A stretch of 64,000 bases of DNA from a virus. Lineage: Duplodnaviria; Caudoviricetes. Of the stretch, positions 46,377 to 56,926 are shown one piece after another; position 1 is the first letter of the stretch; each line of letters starts with the position of its first letter. The DNA is taken from positions 64,001-128,000 of IMG/VR virus record IMGVR_UViG_3300033067_001757. One strand, given 5' to 3'. A program made the translations under genes and the position numbers. The notes under the pieces were generated by a model that was not told the DNA's origin, did no database searches, and was given only the letters and a program-made list of their open reading frames with translations.

Positions 46377-48545
46377 TTAGGAAGTCTTTTCTAATTTGTC
46401 TCCCAGCTTATCAAATAAATCTTGGTCAACCCTATTTTGTGTATGTGTATCAAATTTTTCTCCATTTTTTCTAACGGTAGTGAATGAATGTTTTCCTACA
46501 CTATTTCCTTTTGTTTTTTTACCCCAATAAATAATATCTACAATAGGATTGCTACCTTTTTTAGAATCAATATCTGAATCATATTTATTCAAGAAATCAA
46601 TAATTTCTTTTTTAGCCGGTTTCACTTCAACATTTGATTCTTCATTTACAACCGGTTTAATATCCTGTATGCTATCAATTTTTACTTCCTTACCCATTTT
46701 ATCTTTACCGAAAGCATGATCGTTACCAACACTGGTTAGAGTAAGTTCACCATACTTTTTATGCATTACTTTAGTTCCCGCTGATAGATTCTGAAAATAG
46801 AATCCTGATTTAAGTTGAAGTTCTTCATTAGTCTTACTTATCTTACAGTCATCAGGTGCATATGAATTGAATACTTCAATACCGGTATCACCAAGCTGGT
46901 TTACCAGGTCCATAACTTTATCATGTGTCTCCTGGCCGCGTTTCTTCAATGAATCATTATCACTGGTCTCATAGTACCAATCATAACGCTTCATTAAGTC
47001 ATTCAATTCATTTTTTTTTACCGTGGGGCCTTTGATGTCCTGCTCGTAGAGTTTCTTACGGATTATTTTCTTGAGTGATTCGCGGAGAGCTTCAGATGGT
47101 TTACTTTGATTATCAATCTCACCAGCAAGTTTATCGACATCAATTCCTCTGAGATCAATGATCATTTCCTGGCTTTGTCTGAAAGCTTTGGCAATAGTTT
47201 TAAGTGAGTGCGCTGCTACTTTACCATCTCTCGATGATGCTTTAGCTGCTGAATAATGATTTTTTACATCAGCATCTACAAGAAATGTAACGCGACCATA
47301 AGTACCTTGATTGAAATGTAATATTTCATCACCGCGTTGTTTTAGAGTTTTTAGTTTATCTAATGAGAAAGGATATACTTTTGGTTTTATACTCAGTGCT
47401 TCTGAAATGTTTGATTCATCTACAGCTTTCTCCTTCGGAAATATCTTATCAGCAAGTGTAGCAAGACCTTTATCCAAATCAACTACTCTATCATGAGTCT
47501 TTGCATCAGATGGATTCTCGAAATATAATGATGTAACACCCTGATTAGTTTTTGTCATGGTAAGTTTATCGCCTTCGGTAAATGACAGTTCGAATGTTCC
47601 ATCTTTTGATTTCTTACCGGATTTTACAGTCTTCTTTATCTGTAATTTCTTATTTGGATCACTATGGTCTTCGACGGTAAATGATACCTCTTTACCTTTA
47701 ACGGGTTTGTCAACTGATGAGAAGATGGATTCATCTATACCAGTCTTATCTAGTTCTGAATAATACTTTGGATTTTCTGCAAGATGATCAAGTGCTATTT
47801 CAGCAGCAATCTTCGGATCGGACGTATGTTCCATTTCATGTTTCACACCTTTCTTGAACTCATCTCTATCAACATCGTTGATACTAAGTTTATCACCCTT
47901 ACCACCTTTAAGTTTATTTCCCGGAAAAGGTTTTTTACCCTCACTAACAACCTTCATCTCACCGGGTCCACCTTTCATCATCTTAACACCTTTAGGCTTT
48001 GTGGCCTTCTCTGCAGATCCTTTAGGCGTCTTCTTATCTTTCTCAATACCTTTAACCGGCTTAACAGCATTGTCCTTATCAACAACGTTTGTCTTGCTTG
48101 CGTTTATCTCAATCGGTTGATCGGTACGCTTGGTTGGTTTCTTTGTTTTCAACAACAGAAGCCTGGTATAATAGATAGGATCAGATTCAATATTTTTTAG
48201 CGCTTTAGCACGAGCTTTATCGATATCAGGTTCTTTCATATCATCAAGCTCATGTCTCCATCCTTGCTGAAATTCGTAATCATTAGCATGATCCTGGTCA
48301 AGCTTTGGTTTCTTTGTAGCTTCTGTCAACACCTTTATAGAGCCAAGCAAATCAAATGATTCTTCTTTGGCTTCGTTGATATCGAATATATGACCACGGT
48401 TTTTCAACTGAACTATAGTCTGGTCATAAGTATTGGTATTGGTAATAAATGACGATAACTCTTCATCCCTTCTTATTTGAAATAAGAATTGACTCTGAGA
48501 CATTTCTTCGTTTAATACTTTCTGATATAGTTGTTGTGGTGTCAT
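46377..48545 (-). CDS. Large mosaic Lys-rich protein with DUF5661-like domains, probably an internal head protein
   Basis: EFKKGVKHEMEH......A.EIALDHL.E.P.YY plus a degenerate second copy; many [LIV]xE sites. Confidence 0.6.
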   Translation of the reverse strand: MTPQQLYQKVLNEEMSQSQFLFQIRRDEELSSFITNTNTYDQTIVQLKNRGHIFDINEAKEESFDLLGSIKVLTEATKKPKLDQDHANDYEFQQGWRHELDDMKEPDIDKARAKALKNIESDPIYYTRLLLLKTKKPTKRTDQPIEINASKTNVVDKDNAVKPVKGIEKDKKTPKGSAEKATKPKGVKMMKGGPGEMKVVSEGKKPFPGNKLKGGKGDKLSINDVDRDEFKKGVKHEMEHTSDPKIAAEIALDHLAENPKYYSELDKTGIDESIFSSVDKPVKGKEVSFTVEDHSDPNKKLQIKKTVKSGKKSKDGTFELSFTEGDKLTMTKTNQGVTSLYFENPSDAKTHDRVVDLDKGLATLADKIFPKEKAVDESNISEALSIKPKVYPFSLDKLKTLKQRGDEILHFNQGTYGRVTFLVDADVKNHYSAAKASSRDGKVAAHSLKTIAKAFRQSQEMIIDLRGIDVDKLAGEIDNQSKPSEALRESLKKIIRKKLYEQDIKGPTVKKNELNDLMKRYDWYYETSDNDSLKKRGQETHDKVMDLVNQLGDTGIEVFNSYAPDDCKISKTNEELQLKSGFYFQNLSAGTKVMHKKYGELTLTSVGNDHAFGKDKMGKEVKIDSIQDIKPVVNEESNVEVKPAKKEIIDFLNKYDSDIDSKKGSNPIVDIIYWGKKTKGNSVGKHSFTTVRKNGEKFDTHTQNRVDQDLFDKLGDKLEKTS

Positions 48546-48548
48546 TGT

Positions 48549-49091
48549 TTATTTAAATAATTTTGCTATTAGTTCTTGTTTGTCTTCTCTAAAATCATCG
48601 ATCTTATATTCAATATCCTGGATCAATGTTGACGCATCAGATGCGTCTCTTTCTATAACCTGATATTTATCTGACAGATCGCTGAATTTATCAGATGATT
48701 GTTTATCTCCTTCGTCATCGTAATCAGCAGACATATCATCAAGCTGGTTATACATTTTACTGGTGATATCATCGAGTTTTTCACCGGTTAATATTATGTT
48801 CTTGATCTTCTGAGGATTCATAATAATATCTTCCAGGGTCAAATTAGATATAATATTCATATACTTCTGCAGACTATCTTGATAACCTTTCAGTTTAGCC
48901 TCGGCGTCCTTATAAATAGATTCTCGTTTCTCCGGAGTATACGATACTGATTCCTTAATCCGCTTCTTCTTTTTCTTATGTCCACCAACAAAGTTCGCTG
49001 GGCCATAATTCTGTTCACCGGTACCGGGTGTAAATGAAGCTCCACCAACACCTGTTCCAGTCATCTCACTAATCTTTTTTCTCTGCATCAA
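48549..49091 (-). CDS. Hypothetical head-region protein
   Basis: ISE|MTGTGVGG N-terminal segment and a helical C-terminus. Confidence 0.6.
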   Translation of the reverse strand: MMQRKKISEMTGTGVGGASFTPGTGEQNYGPANFVGGHKKKKKRIKESVSYTPEKRESIYKDAEAKLKGYQDSLQKYMNIISNLTLEDIIMNPQKIKNIILTGEKLDDITSKMYNQLDDMSADYDDEGDKQSSDKFSDLSDKYQVIERDASDASTLIQDIEYKIDDFREDKQELIAKLFK

Positions 49092-49920
49092 ACTCTTTTA
49101 AAAGCTCGTAATAACTTAAAAGATTATGTACTTCCTTATCGGTAACGTTCTTACCAGGTTGTATTTCTTTAATGAATGATAATACTTCATTAAGTTTAAC
49201 TTTCCTTACCTCATCTTGCATATCTTTAATATGTTTCTTCAATTGTTTTTTGACAGTGACAAACTCAGTATTTACATACTCCTTCAGTTTGTCAGTTGAA
49301 GACATATTATTAATATACTCTGCAAGTAGTGATTTTTGTTTAGTATCAAAGTCCTGGTACTTCTCGTTGAATTTCTTCAACATTATTTTATAAACCAGTG
49401 CTCTGGTACCTTTATCATAAGTGGAAAAAGCTTCCAATAGTTCGTCTTTCAATTCGGTAGATACCGGAGCTGATATGGCTTCGAGGATTGTTATCTTACA
49501 ATCTGAATATTTTTGAGGATCGACATATTCCGGTTGATCCATCTCAAATAACATATAAATAGATGCCAACATCTTGTAATTACTTACATTAGCTTTGAAG
49601 AATTCATCAATATTATAGTGCTCTTTAATAGCGGCCACCAGATCATATTTCTGCTTTTTTAAAGCGGCTTTATTTAACTTCCGGTATGATTCAACAGATG
49701 CATTTATTAAAATATCTGCTTTCTGCTCGGTCAAATGTTTGGCTGAGGTTAATGCATTATAAATCCTGTACTCTTTACATATCTCAGTGTTATTGAAATA
49801 CTTCTTGAGTATACCGACAGCTTTCGACTCTTGGTTTTTCAGTGTATCAGATGTGATCTGTCTTACCAGGAGTTCAAACAGAATAGCGGAATTTTTTAGC
49901 TTGTTGTGCTTGGGCTTCAT
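49069..49920 (-). CDS. Hypothetical head-morphogenesis protein
   Basis: KHNKLKNSAILFELLVRQITSD; directly downstream of the portal gene. Confidence 0.65.
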   Translation of the reverse strand: MKPKHNKLKNSAILFELLVRQITSDTLKNQESKAVGILKKYFNNTEICKEYRIYNALTSAKHLTEQKADILINASVESYRKLNKAALKKQKYDLVAAIKEHYNIDEFFKANVSNYKMLASIYMLFEMDQPEYVDPQKYSDCKITILEAISAPVSTELKDELLEAFSTYDKGTRALVYKIMLKKFNEKYQDFDTKQKSLLAEYINNMSSTDKLKEYVNTEFVTVKKQLKKHIKDMQDEVRKVKLNEVLSFIKEIQPGKNVTDKEVHNLLSYYELLKEFDAEKKD

Positions 49921-49945
49921 TTAGTTTATTATCTATTATAAATAT

Positions 49946-51826
49946 CTATATGATGACATCATCCTGAATTAATCGCTCGTCAAGCAGTCCTTCATCCTCT
50001 TTTAAATGTTCATACAGAACAATTTTCCTCGGTTTAAAGATGCTGGATAACATTTCTTTATGTGTATCCTTAGCGTTTTCCAATGCCATAGACTTTGGTG
50101 TATTCTTGAATGTTATACCTTTCTCACCTTTATCATGTGTACCTTTCTTTCCTGTTGGATCACGTCCAAATGCTGATTTATCGGTTGTATAAATTGATGC
50201 TTTCTCTTTAGGTCTGCCGGGGCCGGGTATATTTTCTTTTTCATCATACCCATCAGGTACTTCGCCAGTATTACCTAAAGAATTTTGTTTGTAGATGGAC
50301 GCCAAATCATGCTTGGTACCATAAGAAACACCTGATGCTGCAGGATCATTACCTTCTTCTTTAATCTGAGAGTATCTAAATCTTCTTGAGGCATCTTCGT
50401 TAATAAGATCGCGTTGCTCATTAAGCTCGTCTTCACTCATGTTAAGAATCTTATCAGCTAACCAATCGGTTGATACCATCTGGTAGTCACCTTCGGTAAT
50501 ATTTTTGATCAGATCAAACTTCTCTTTAAGGAGTGCAATCTTTTCCTGTTCGTATATAATTGACGGATTATTAAGAGAAAGTTCGAAGTTCAAACAACCA
50601 TCTTCGAAGCCTTGAGTATACAAATGTGTGATACCGATTTTCTTCAGTTCACTTACAATGGTTCTTTGTATCTGTTCTACAGTACGACTAAAACGAACAT
50701 CAAGTGATGATATGGTTGATTTACCATTCAGTTCGTCTGAATAATTAAGGAACGCTTTAGGTACCTTCAATGCGGCCAGCATCTTATCGCGGATATATTC
50801 AACGTCTTCTATGCCGGCATATTCTAAGCCCTTGGCCGTATCAATTTTAGTAGTATTATCACCCGGACGGATAGGAATATAATAATCCTCCAGCATGTTC
50901 TGCACATTAAACTTCAGATTGTAGTCACCTGTTTGAGGATCTACAAACGGAGTCTTCTTCATTTGATTAATGGAGTTCTGTACGAATGCGTTTACTTCGG
51001 AAGGTGGGATATTACCAACGTTAATATAGAATACACGTCTTTCGGGTGCTCTCATGATTCTGTGGAGCAACATAGCGTCTTCGAGTAGACACAACTGTTT
51101 ATAAAGCTTCCTGGCCGGTTCAATATACGCACGACCATATGGTAGATAATTGGTATCTTTCAGCAGTCTGAAGTGTGCAATTTCATATTGTTCGAACGTG
51201 ATACTGTTCCTGCCGGTAGCAGTAGTTCCTCCGGAAAGAGAAATAGGATCATATCTGAACCTGGTATAATAAGGGTTATCCGGGTCCATTCCTTCTTCGC
51301 GTACCATATCATATACCGAGAGAGGTTTACAATTGGATATCCCTAGTAGTTCGGTGATTTTGAGATGCATGTAAAAATCTCCATATTTACACATGGAGCG
51401 AATCCACATAGGAAGGTTGAATTCTATGTTCAGGATATTGTAATAGAGATCGTATAATATTTTCTGAATCTTATCATCGCTGCTGCGAATAGATAACATC
51501 TCATCAGATTCACCCTTTAAAGTACATTCCTCGGATAATATATCCAGAACTGACGAAATGATACCATCGGTGTCCATGTTCTCGTAATCAGCATATAATT
51601 GCAATCTGAGCGTCTGGTAATTGAGCATAGGATTGAACTGTTGGTTCGATCCCATACGATACATTCTTGTAAACCTGTCGACTAAAGAGTTTGTTTGGAG
51701 ATTACCGAATGCCTGGATATTTTCAACGTCGGCAACCTTTAATTGTTTACCTCCGATATTGCGAATTATTGTACCAGTTGCGAACAATCTGCGTAAACGT
51801 GGGAAAAATGTTTTATCGATCGCCAT
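49946..51826 (-). CDS. Portal protein (T4 gp20-like)
   Basis: EIAHFRL, PYG...IE.AR, EDAMLLHRIMRAPERRVFYI.VGN.P, EDYYIP and ALKVPK. Confidence 0.95.
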   Translation of the reverse strand: MAIDKTFFPRLRRLFATGTIIRNIGGKQLKVADVENIQAFGNLQTNSLVDRFTRMYRMGSNQQFNPMLNYQTLRLQLYADYENMDTDGIISSVLDILSEECTLKGESDEMLSIRSSDDKIQKILYDLYYNILNIEFNLPMWIRSMCKYGDFYMHLKITELLGISNCKPLSVYDMVREEGMDPDNPYYTRFRYDPISLSGGTTATGRNSITFEQYEIAHFRLLKDTNYLPYGRAYIEPARKLYKQLCLLEDAMLLHRIMRAPERRVFYINVGNIPPSEVNAFVQNSINQMKKTPFVDPQTGDYNLKFNVQNMLEDYYIPIRPGDNTTKIDTAKGLEYAGIEDVEYIRDKMLAALKVPKAFLNYSDELNGKSTISSLDVRFSRTVEQIQRTIVSELKKIGITHLYTQGFEDGCLNFELSLNNPSIIYEQEKIALLKEKFDLIKNITEGDYQMVSTDWLADKILNMSEDELNEQRDLINEDASRRFRYSQIKEEGNDPAASGVSYGTKHDLASIYKQNSLGNTGEVPDGYDEKENIPGPGRPKEKASIYTTDKSAFGRDPTGKKGTHDKGEKGITFKNTPKSMALENAKDTHKEMLSSIFKPRKIVLYEHLKEDEGLLDERLIQDDVII

Positions 51827-52833
51827 TAAATTATTTTATTTTTATATTTCCAAACATATCCGTAGGCTTGTTTGTATTCACCTTTACACGATTTGATAAT
51901 AGCGCTTGTATGAAAATTCAATTCCTTTTTTACTTCAGCCATTGAATTCCATTCTTTAATATAATCACCTGTGATAGAATACTGTAACACCGGCTTCATC
52001 TTGACCTTGTGTCCATTTTTATAAGCCTCACTATGATAATTTGTTTCAGTATAAGATGGTGGGAACCACTTGAGTGGATCGGAATATCTCCACAGATATT
52101 TCTTGAATGATTTTTCTTTTCCTCTACAACATTTCAATATTGTTGATGCCGAGATATCTAATTCAACTTCAACATCGCTTGCCGATGTCCATTCCTTTAT
52201 AAATTCACCGGATAAACTATATTGTTTGATCGGATTCTTTTGTGATTGAGATCGTTGTTTAGTGAATTCCTTATCATACCATTTATTATCGTATGATGGT
52301 TCAAACCATAATTCAGGTGATTTATATCTCCATACATATCCATATACAGCAGGTGTTTTACCTCTACAACAACGCGTTATTCTACTATCAACAGAATCAA
52401 AACCTCTGAAATATATATTAGCATCTGAAGCTGATTCCCACTCCTTAATCAATTTACCACTCTTAGAATATTGTAGAACAGGTTTTTTACGAGTTTTTGA
52501 CCTTCTTGCTATTATCTCGGGTGTATGAGCCTTAGCTATTGATTCTTTAGATAGATTCTCCATTCCATCTCCTCCATCAGTCATATTAACTAGAGGTCCG
52601 GTACCAATATCATCTCTTCCCCATAATCTTATCATAGAAATTTCACGTCTCCGTGCTTCATCATATGATATATTTTCAAGAAGGAGTTCTACTCTATATC
52701 CAACCTTATTTACTATCTTACGCCAATGATCATTTCTATTATGTTTAGAATAAGCTCTCGAAATGTTCTTCGCTATTCCAACATAAAATACCGTTTGGGT
52801 GTCTAATCGTATGTGTTGATATAAAAATGCCAA
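51826..52833 (-). mobile_element. GIY-YIG-variant homing endonuclease with three NUMOD1-like repeats (TTG start)
   Basis: LYQH...FYVG, LVNMTDGGDG, and three copies of PxxQYS.SG..IKEW.S...I..CC.G.....Y.W.Y. Confidence 0.8.
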
Positions 52834-52886
52834 TTGTACTGTTTAGTGTATATATAAATATATTAGAGAGGTTCAGAAAAACGCTA

Positions 52887-54479
52887 TTAAAGAAGCCATG
52901 AGATATCTTCCATTTTTCCATTAACATTTTGAAGATATGGATTAACAAAGTTCTTCTGTAACATAGGTGCTGACATGGGTGTAAACTTTTGAATACCGGC
53001 CATGGTAGCCCTAGTCATATCGACACTATTATTACGCTTTTCAATAGCGCTATCGCGTAAATACATACCAATAGCATATGGCATAATCAAGTCATCATTG
53101 AAGCCCTGACGGGCCTGTGGTTTAGCATTCTTCCATATAAATGTCTTCATTTCGGAATGTATCCTGCGAGACCTTAATTTAATAGAACGATCCATTGTGT
53201 ACTGCCTGAATGAATGTAATACCAAGGGCCTGGTTTTGGTACTCATTGTAAAGCCTGCTGTCATTTTAGAGATGTCGTTCTCATAATTCTTAGCCAGGTA
53301 AGCAGTTATATCAGTGCTTTCACCTTTTGGAGAATAAAATATATTTGAATATTGGAGATCAACTACCTCGGTAGTAGTAGTTTCACCGATGCCGGTATTT
53401 TCACTTATTAATAAAGCGCTGTTATAATCAATAGCCACTGATACAGCGAACTTGGCCAGCAATTTTGGTGGCATATCACCTTTATACTCAGCCACCTGGT
53501 CTCCTGTAAATATATCTACAACCTGTATAGTCGAGGAATCGTTACCATCTCCCCGGGCAGTATCAAGTATAACCATATAACTTCTGTTTGGAATAGGAAA
53601 CTCCCATATCCAGAAGTCTTTGGAAGGCCCCCTGGTCTCTATCGGGTCTTCGATTAAGTCTTTATAGTAATCGACATCATCAGGTTCAAAATAACCATCT
53701 CCAGATTGATTGAATTCACAATCGCACTCCTGAGCAGCCATCCTTTTACCAAGTTCTTTATCTTGTTCATCCCTCCATTTTTGATCGTGACTCGGATGTA
53801 CATTCCATGGTAACGTTACCGGTACAAAAGCGTTCTCATTTTGTTCAGCTTCTTCCCACTTTTCATGGAAATATCCACCTGCGCCGTTCGGTGTCGACAG
53901 CATTACGCACTTACCACCAGTAGCCAGAATCTGCAATGCTGAAGCACATGTCTCATCAGCATCCTTAATGAACGCTGCTTCATCTATGATCAGGAAGTTG
54001 GCCGTTTTGGAACGCGTAGCATCTTTACTTCCAGCCACAGCTTCGGCTTTAGAACCGTTACTAAGCCTGAGCATTGACTTATTATGTTCCACATCAGCAC
54101 ATCCTTCTTTTAACCACGCCGGCAGGTTATCATATGCGAATTGTATTTTTAAGATTACGGCTTTGGCCTTATCTCTATCCGGAGCCACGGTAAGAACAGA
54201 GAAATCCTTCTGGAATATCATCTTCCATAAAGAATATGCTGCTAATAAAGTGGTGATACCAAGCTGTCTGGACTTTAATATTATTGTACGGTCATGTCGA
54301 TTAACAACATGGAGTAATTTGTCCTGATATAGGTAAACGTTAAACAGTACTCGTCCAAAATCTGTTGTTTGGATGAATACGAAGTTTTTTAAGAAGAATA
54401 TCGGGTCAGATGCACAACGTAGATATATACTTCTTTGTAGTTCTTTCGCAGTAGGGGGTTGTTTCTTTACTTCAGGCAT
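52887..54479 (-). CDS. terL: Terminase large subunit (T4 gp17-like)
   Basis: LKSRQLGITT Walker A, LIIDEAAFI Walker B, STPNG, QEC.C.F, DTARGDG.D.S and NDDLIM. Confidence 0.95.
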   Translation of the reverse strand: MPEVKKQPPTAKELQRSIYLRCASDPIFFLKNFVFIQTTDFGRVLFNVYLYQDKLLHVVNRHDRTIILKSRQLGITTLLAAYSLWKMIFQKDFSVLTVAPDRDKAKAVILKIQFAYDNLPAWLKEGCADVEHNKSMLRLSNGSKAEAVAGSKDATRSKTANFLIIDEAAFIKDADETCASALQILATGGKCVMLSTPNGAGGYFHEKWEEAEQNENAFVPVTLPWNVHPSHDQKWRDEQDKELGKRMAAQECDCEFNQSGDGYFEPDDVDYYKDLIEDPIETRGPSKDFWIWEFPIPNRSYMVILDTARGDGNDSSTIQVVDIFTGDQVAEYKGDMPPKLLAKFAVSVAIDYNSALLISENTGIGETTTTEVVDLQYSNIFYSPKGESTDITAYLAKNYENDISKMTAGFTMSTKTRPLVLHSFRQYTMDRSIKLRSRRIHSEMKTFIWKNAKPQARQGFNDDLIMPYAIGMYLRDSAIEKRNNSVDMTRATMAGIQKFTPMSAPMLQKNFVNPYLQNVNGKMEDISWLL

Positions 54480-54877
54480 TACTTACTTTGTAGTGACTCA
54501 GTATAGCGACGGAGTAGGATGTTTCCTTTGGCATAGGCTTCTATCTCCATCTTCTTTAAATGATCGGAACCTTCTGAATATGATGAAGATTCTCCGAGTT
54601 TTTCGGGATCAAGGTCTCCACGTCTGTCCTGATGAGAATGAATAAATTCGTGGGCTGCTGTGCGAAGTACGTCTTTGGGATGCCGACCATTGCAGTATAG
54701 TGTAACTACATTATCGTCTGGAGAATAGTGACCTGTTTTATCAAGGATATCATCTGGATCATTGTCTTCCGACAAAACCACCTTCGGATATGGCTTAATA
54801 TCCATACCATTTTCATGGATGAACCTCGCTAATTCAACAATATGTTTTGTAAGTGATTTTTTATTCTCCGGACTCAT
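54479..54877 (-). CDS. HExxH zinc-metallopeptidase-like protein
   Basis: TGHY, RHPKDVLRTAAHEFIH and E.EAY..G. Confidence 0.65.
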   Translation of the reverse strand: MSPENKKSLTKHIVELARFIHENGMDIKPYPKVVLSEDNDPDDILDKTGHYSPDDNVVTLYCNGRHPKDVLRTAAHEFIHSHQDRRGDLDPEKLGESSSYSEGSDHLKKMEIEAYAKGNILLRRYTESLQSK

Positions 54878-54920
54878 TGATAATATTTGTATATATAAAT
54901 ATCAATGGGATAGTGAAAGG

Positions 54921-55433
54921 TTACTGATCCTCTTCCTGATCGTCTGGTTGGTCTTCCTGTGGAGTTTCTTCGTCACCAGATGGTGCTTCTTCTTCGGGAG
55001 GTGTATTACCCTGGCCGGCAGGCTGTGTTTTAAGTAGATTATTGATATAATCCAGCGCTTGTTGGTATTCAGACTCGGTACCGATATCGTATTTCTTACC
55101 AGATATCAATACAGTAAATGCATCGATAGGTTTGAACTGATCGGGAAACCTTAACTGTAATGGTGAAGGGTTATATTTGAGATCAAAAAAGGATCCGTTC
55201 TTCATTACAATGCGAAACGTTGTAGGTTTCATGCTAATAATCTTAATATCAGTCACAACTTGTCTCAATTCTTCTTTAGCTGCATCTGAAGAACCTTGTT
55301 TACTCGTCAATAAATCTGTCAATATACCGGTTACTTTAGGCGAACCAGACATAATCTTCTCCATATCAGATTCAGATTCGATCTCTTTTACTTCTTCCTG
55401 GAGAATTTTTTTAAATATTGACAACAGTTTCAT
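54921..55433 (-). CDS. Hypothetical protein with acidic tail
   Basis: MKLLSIFKKILQEE N-terminus; KPTTFRI. Confidence 0.65.
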   Translation of the reverse strand: MKLLSIFKKILQEEVKEIESESDMEKIMSGSPKVTGILTDLLTSKQGSSDAAKEELRQVVTDIKIISMKPTTFRIVMKNGSFFDLKYNPSPLQLRFPDQFKPIDAFTVLISGKKYDIGTESEYQQALDYINNLLKTQPAGQGNTPPEEEAPSGDEETPQEDQPDDQEEDQ

Positions 55434-56044
55434 TACGTTGTTTTAAGGTAATTCATCAATACACCGCTTATTGTAGCGATATCTATATCGATTTGTTTGA
55501 GATGTTCTTCACTGAGGTTACGGCTATTTTTAAAATCAATACCTACAATACCAATAAACGTATCTTTTATAGTGATTATAGGGAACATATAACTATCAGT
55601 TACACTACCGTCTGACAGAATGTTAGTAATACCATACTTTGAATTTGTATCATTATGAGTATTACTATTTATGTGATTTCCATCGTACAATTTGTTTATA
55701 GTACGACTACATAAGCTTACCGGTAAACCTTGAAACTGATACTGACATGAAGGAAATCCCTCTTTCAATTGTTCATAAACCATGGTAAACTTCTGTATCG
55801 ACTTACCGGTAGGGTAAAAATACCCACCATTATGAAACTGTATAAGCCATACACGGTCAGCATTGTATGAATCTTTGATGTTTTCAAGCTTGTCTATGAC
55901 AAGACTGTTAATTTCCAAAGATTCCTTAAGAGGATCATTTTTCTTATTCTTCTTGGCTTCAAGTCTATTTTTAAATAAATCAATAGAAATAGGGCCAATA
56001 ATTGATGTGATAATGACAACTATTACACTAACAACTAATTCCAT
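55433..56044 (-). CDS. N-terminal TM plus GAF-like domain protein, possible T4 T-type holin
   Basis: Single hydrophobic N-terminal helix, then ADRVWLIQFHNG...SYMFPI......IGIVGIDF GAF-like pattern; late motif upstream. Confidence 0.55.
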   Translation of the reverse strand: MELVVSVIVVIITSIIGPISIDLFKNRLEAKKNKKNDPLKESLEINSLVIDKLENIKDSYNADRVWLIQFHNGGYFYPTGKSIQKFTMVYEQLKEGFPSCQYQFQGLPVSLCSRTINKLYDGNHINSNTHNDTNSKYGITNILSDGSVTDSYMFPIITIKDTFIGIVGIDFKNSRNLSEEHLKQIDIDIATISGVLMNYLKTT

Positions 56045-56090
56045 GCTAATAAATATCTTTCAAAGATTAAAAATTAATAAATAAAAATAT

Positions 56091-56318
56091 TTATTTCTTC
56101 TTAGTCTCTGCTATTTTTTTAGATTTTACTTTAATGTTAGGTTTAGCACGATCAATTTTAGCAGCGAACTGCTTCTTTGCTGTCTTACCGCGACCCTTAT
56201 CGAGTACTGCAGGCTTGGGTTTTTTGGCTTTAGAGTCAGTAAATTTTTGAGCTACACCGGATTTAGCAGCTTCTTTTAGAGCTTCTTCGAATATTTCTTT
56301 CGCGATTTGTTTTAACAT
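56091..56318 (-). CDS. Small very basic protein, possibly DNA-binding internal protein (start revised to ATG 56318)
   Basis: MLKQIAKEIFEEALKE followed by a Lys/Ala-rich tail; late motif at 56337-56345. Confidence 0.6.
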   Translation of the reverse strand: MLKQIAKEIFEEALKEAAKSGVAQKFTDSKAKKPKPAVLDKGRGKTAKKQFAAKIDRAKPNIKVKSKKIAETKKK

Positions 56319-56343
56319 TATGTATAAGTTGTATGTATAAATA

Positions 56344-56922
56344 TCATGCAAGGAACCGTTCCTTAACTTCTTGCAGTTCTTTTTTCATAGATTCTACCAA
56401 TTTCTCCATATTAATATCACCATCCAGATCCTGGATATCTCCATTTTCGCATATAACCTGCTCTTTTTGAGATGAAGCCATCGCTTCGATAAATTGCTCC
56501 GCTTCGTAGAAATCAGTCCGCATATTGGCTCTAATGATGTTCTGCATGTATGCTTCATACTTACCTTCACGTTTAAGCTGAGATTCATACTCGGTAACAC
56601 AGTTAAAACAACGCTTATGTATAGGATACATGATTTTATCAAACCTGGTCTTCATAGATCCTTTACATACCGGGCAGGATAATGGTATTCTGAGTAATGC
56701 TTTAACATCATCAAGCTTTGTGAAGGTTTCTTTTAAACCATCTTTGATGGTCCAGGTTCTACCATCTTCTTCCCAGACATCACCTTCGTTGTGATCCGAT
56801 GTGGTTCGCTGGTAACCCACTTGTGAAATAGTAGCATCACCATATTTCTTGGCAACGATATTTCGTATACGTTGTACGTCAGACTCTTTGAAGGTCTTCT
56901 TGAGTAAGGTTTCTTTAGGCAT
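56344..56922 (-). CDS. Hypothetical protein with CxxC...CxxC zinc finger
   Basis: EGDVWEEDGRTWTIKDG and CPVC...CFNC. Confidence 0.7.
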   Translation of the reverse strand: MPKETLLKKTFKESDVQRIRNIVAKKYGDATISQVGYQRTTSDHNEGDVWEEDGRTWTIKDGLKETFTKLDDVKALLRIPLSCPVCKGSMKTRFDKIMYPIHKRCFNCVTEYESQLKREGKYEAYMQNIIRANMRTDFYEAEQFIEAMASSQKEQVICENGDIQDLDGDINMEKLVESMKKELQEVKERFLA

Positions 56923-56926
56923 GGTT

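Noticed and set aside
3079-54479. Introns or inteins in RNR, helicase, RecA, portal or terminase
   Set aside because: All have normal lengths and continuous motifs. The endonucleases are free-standing.
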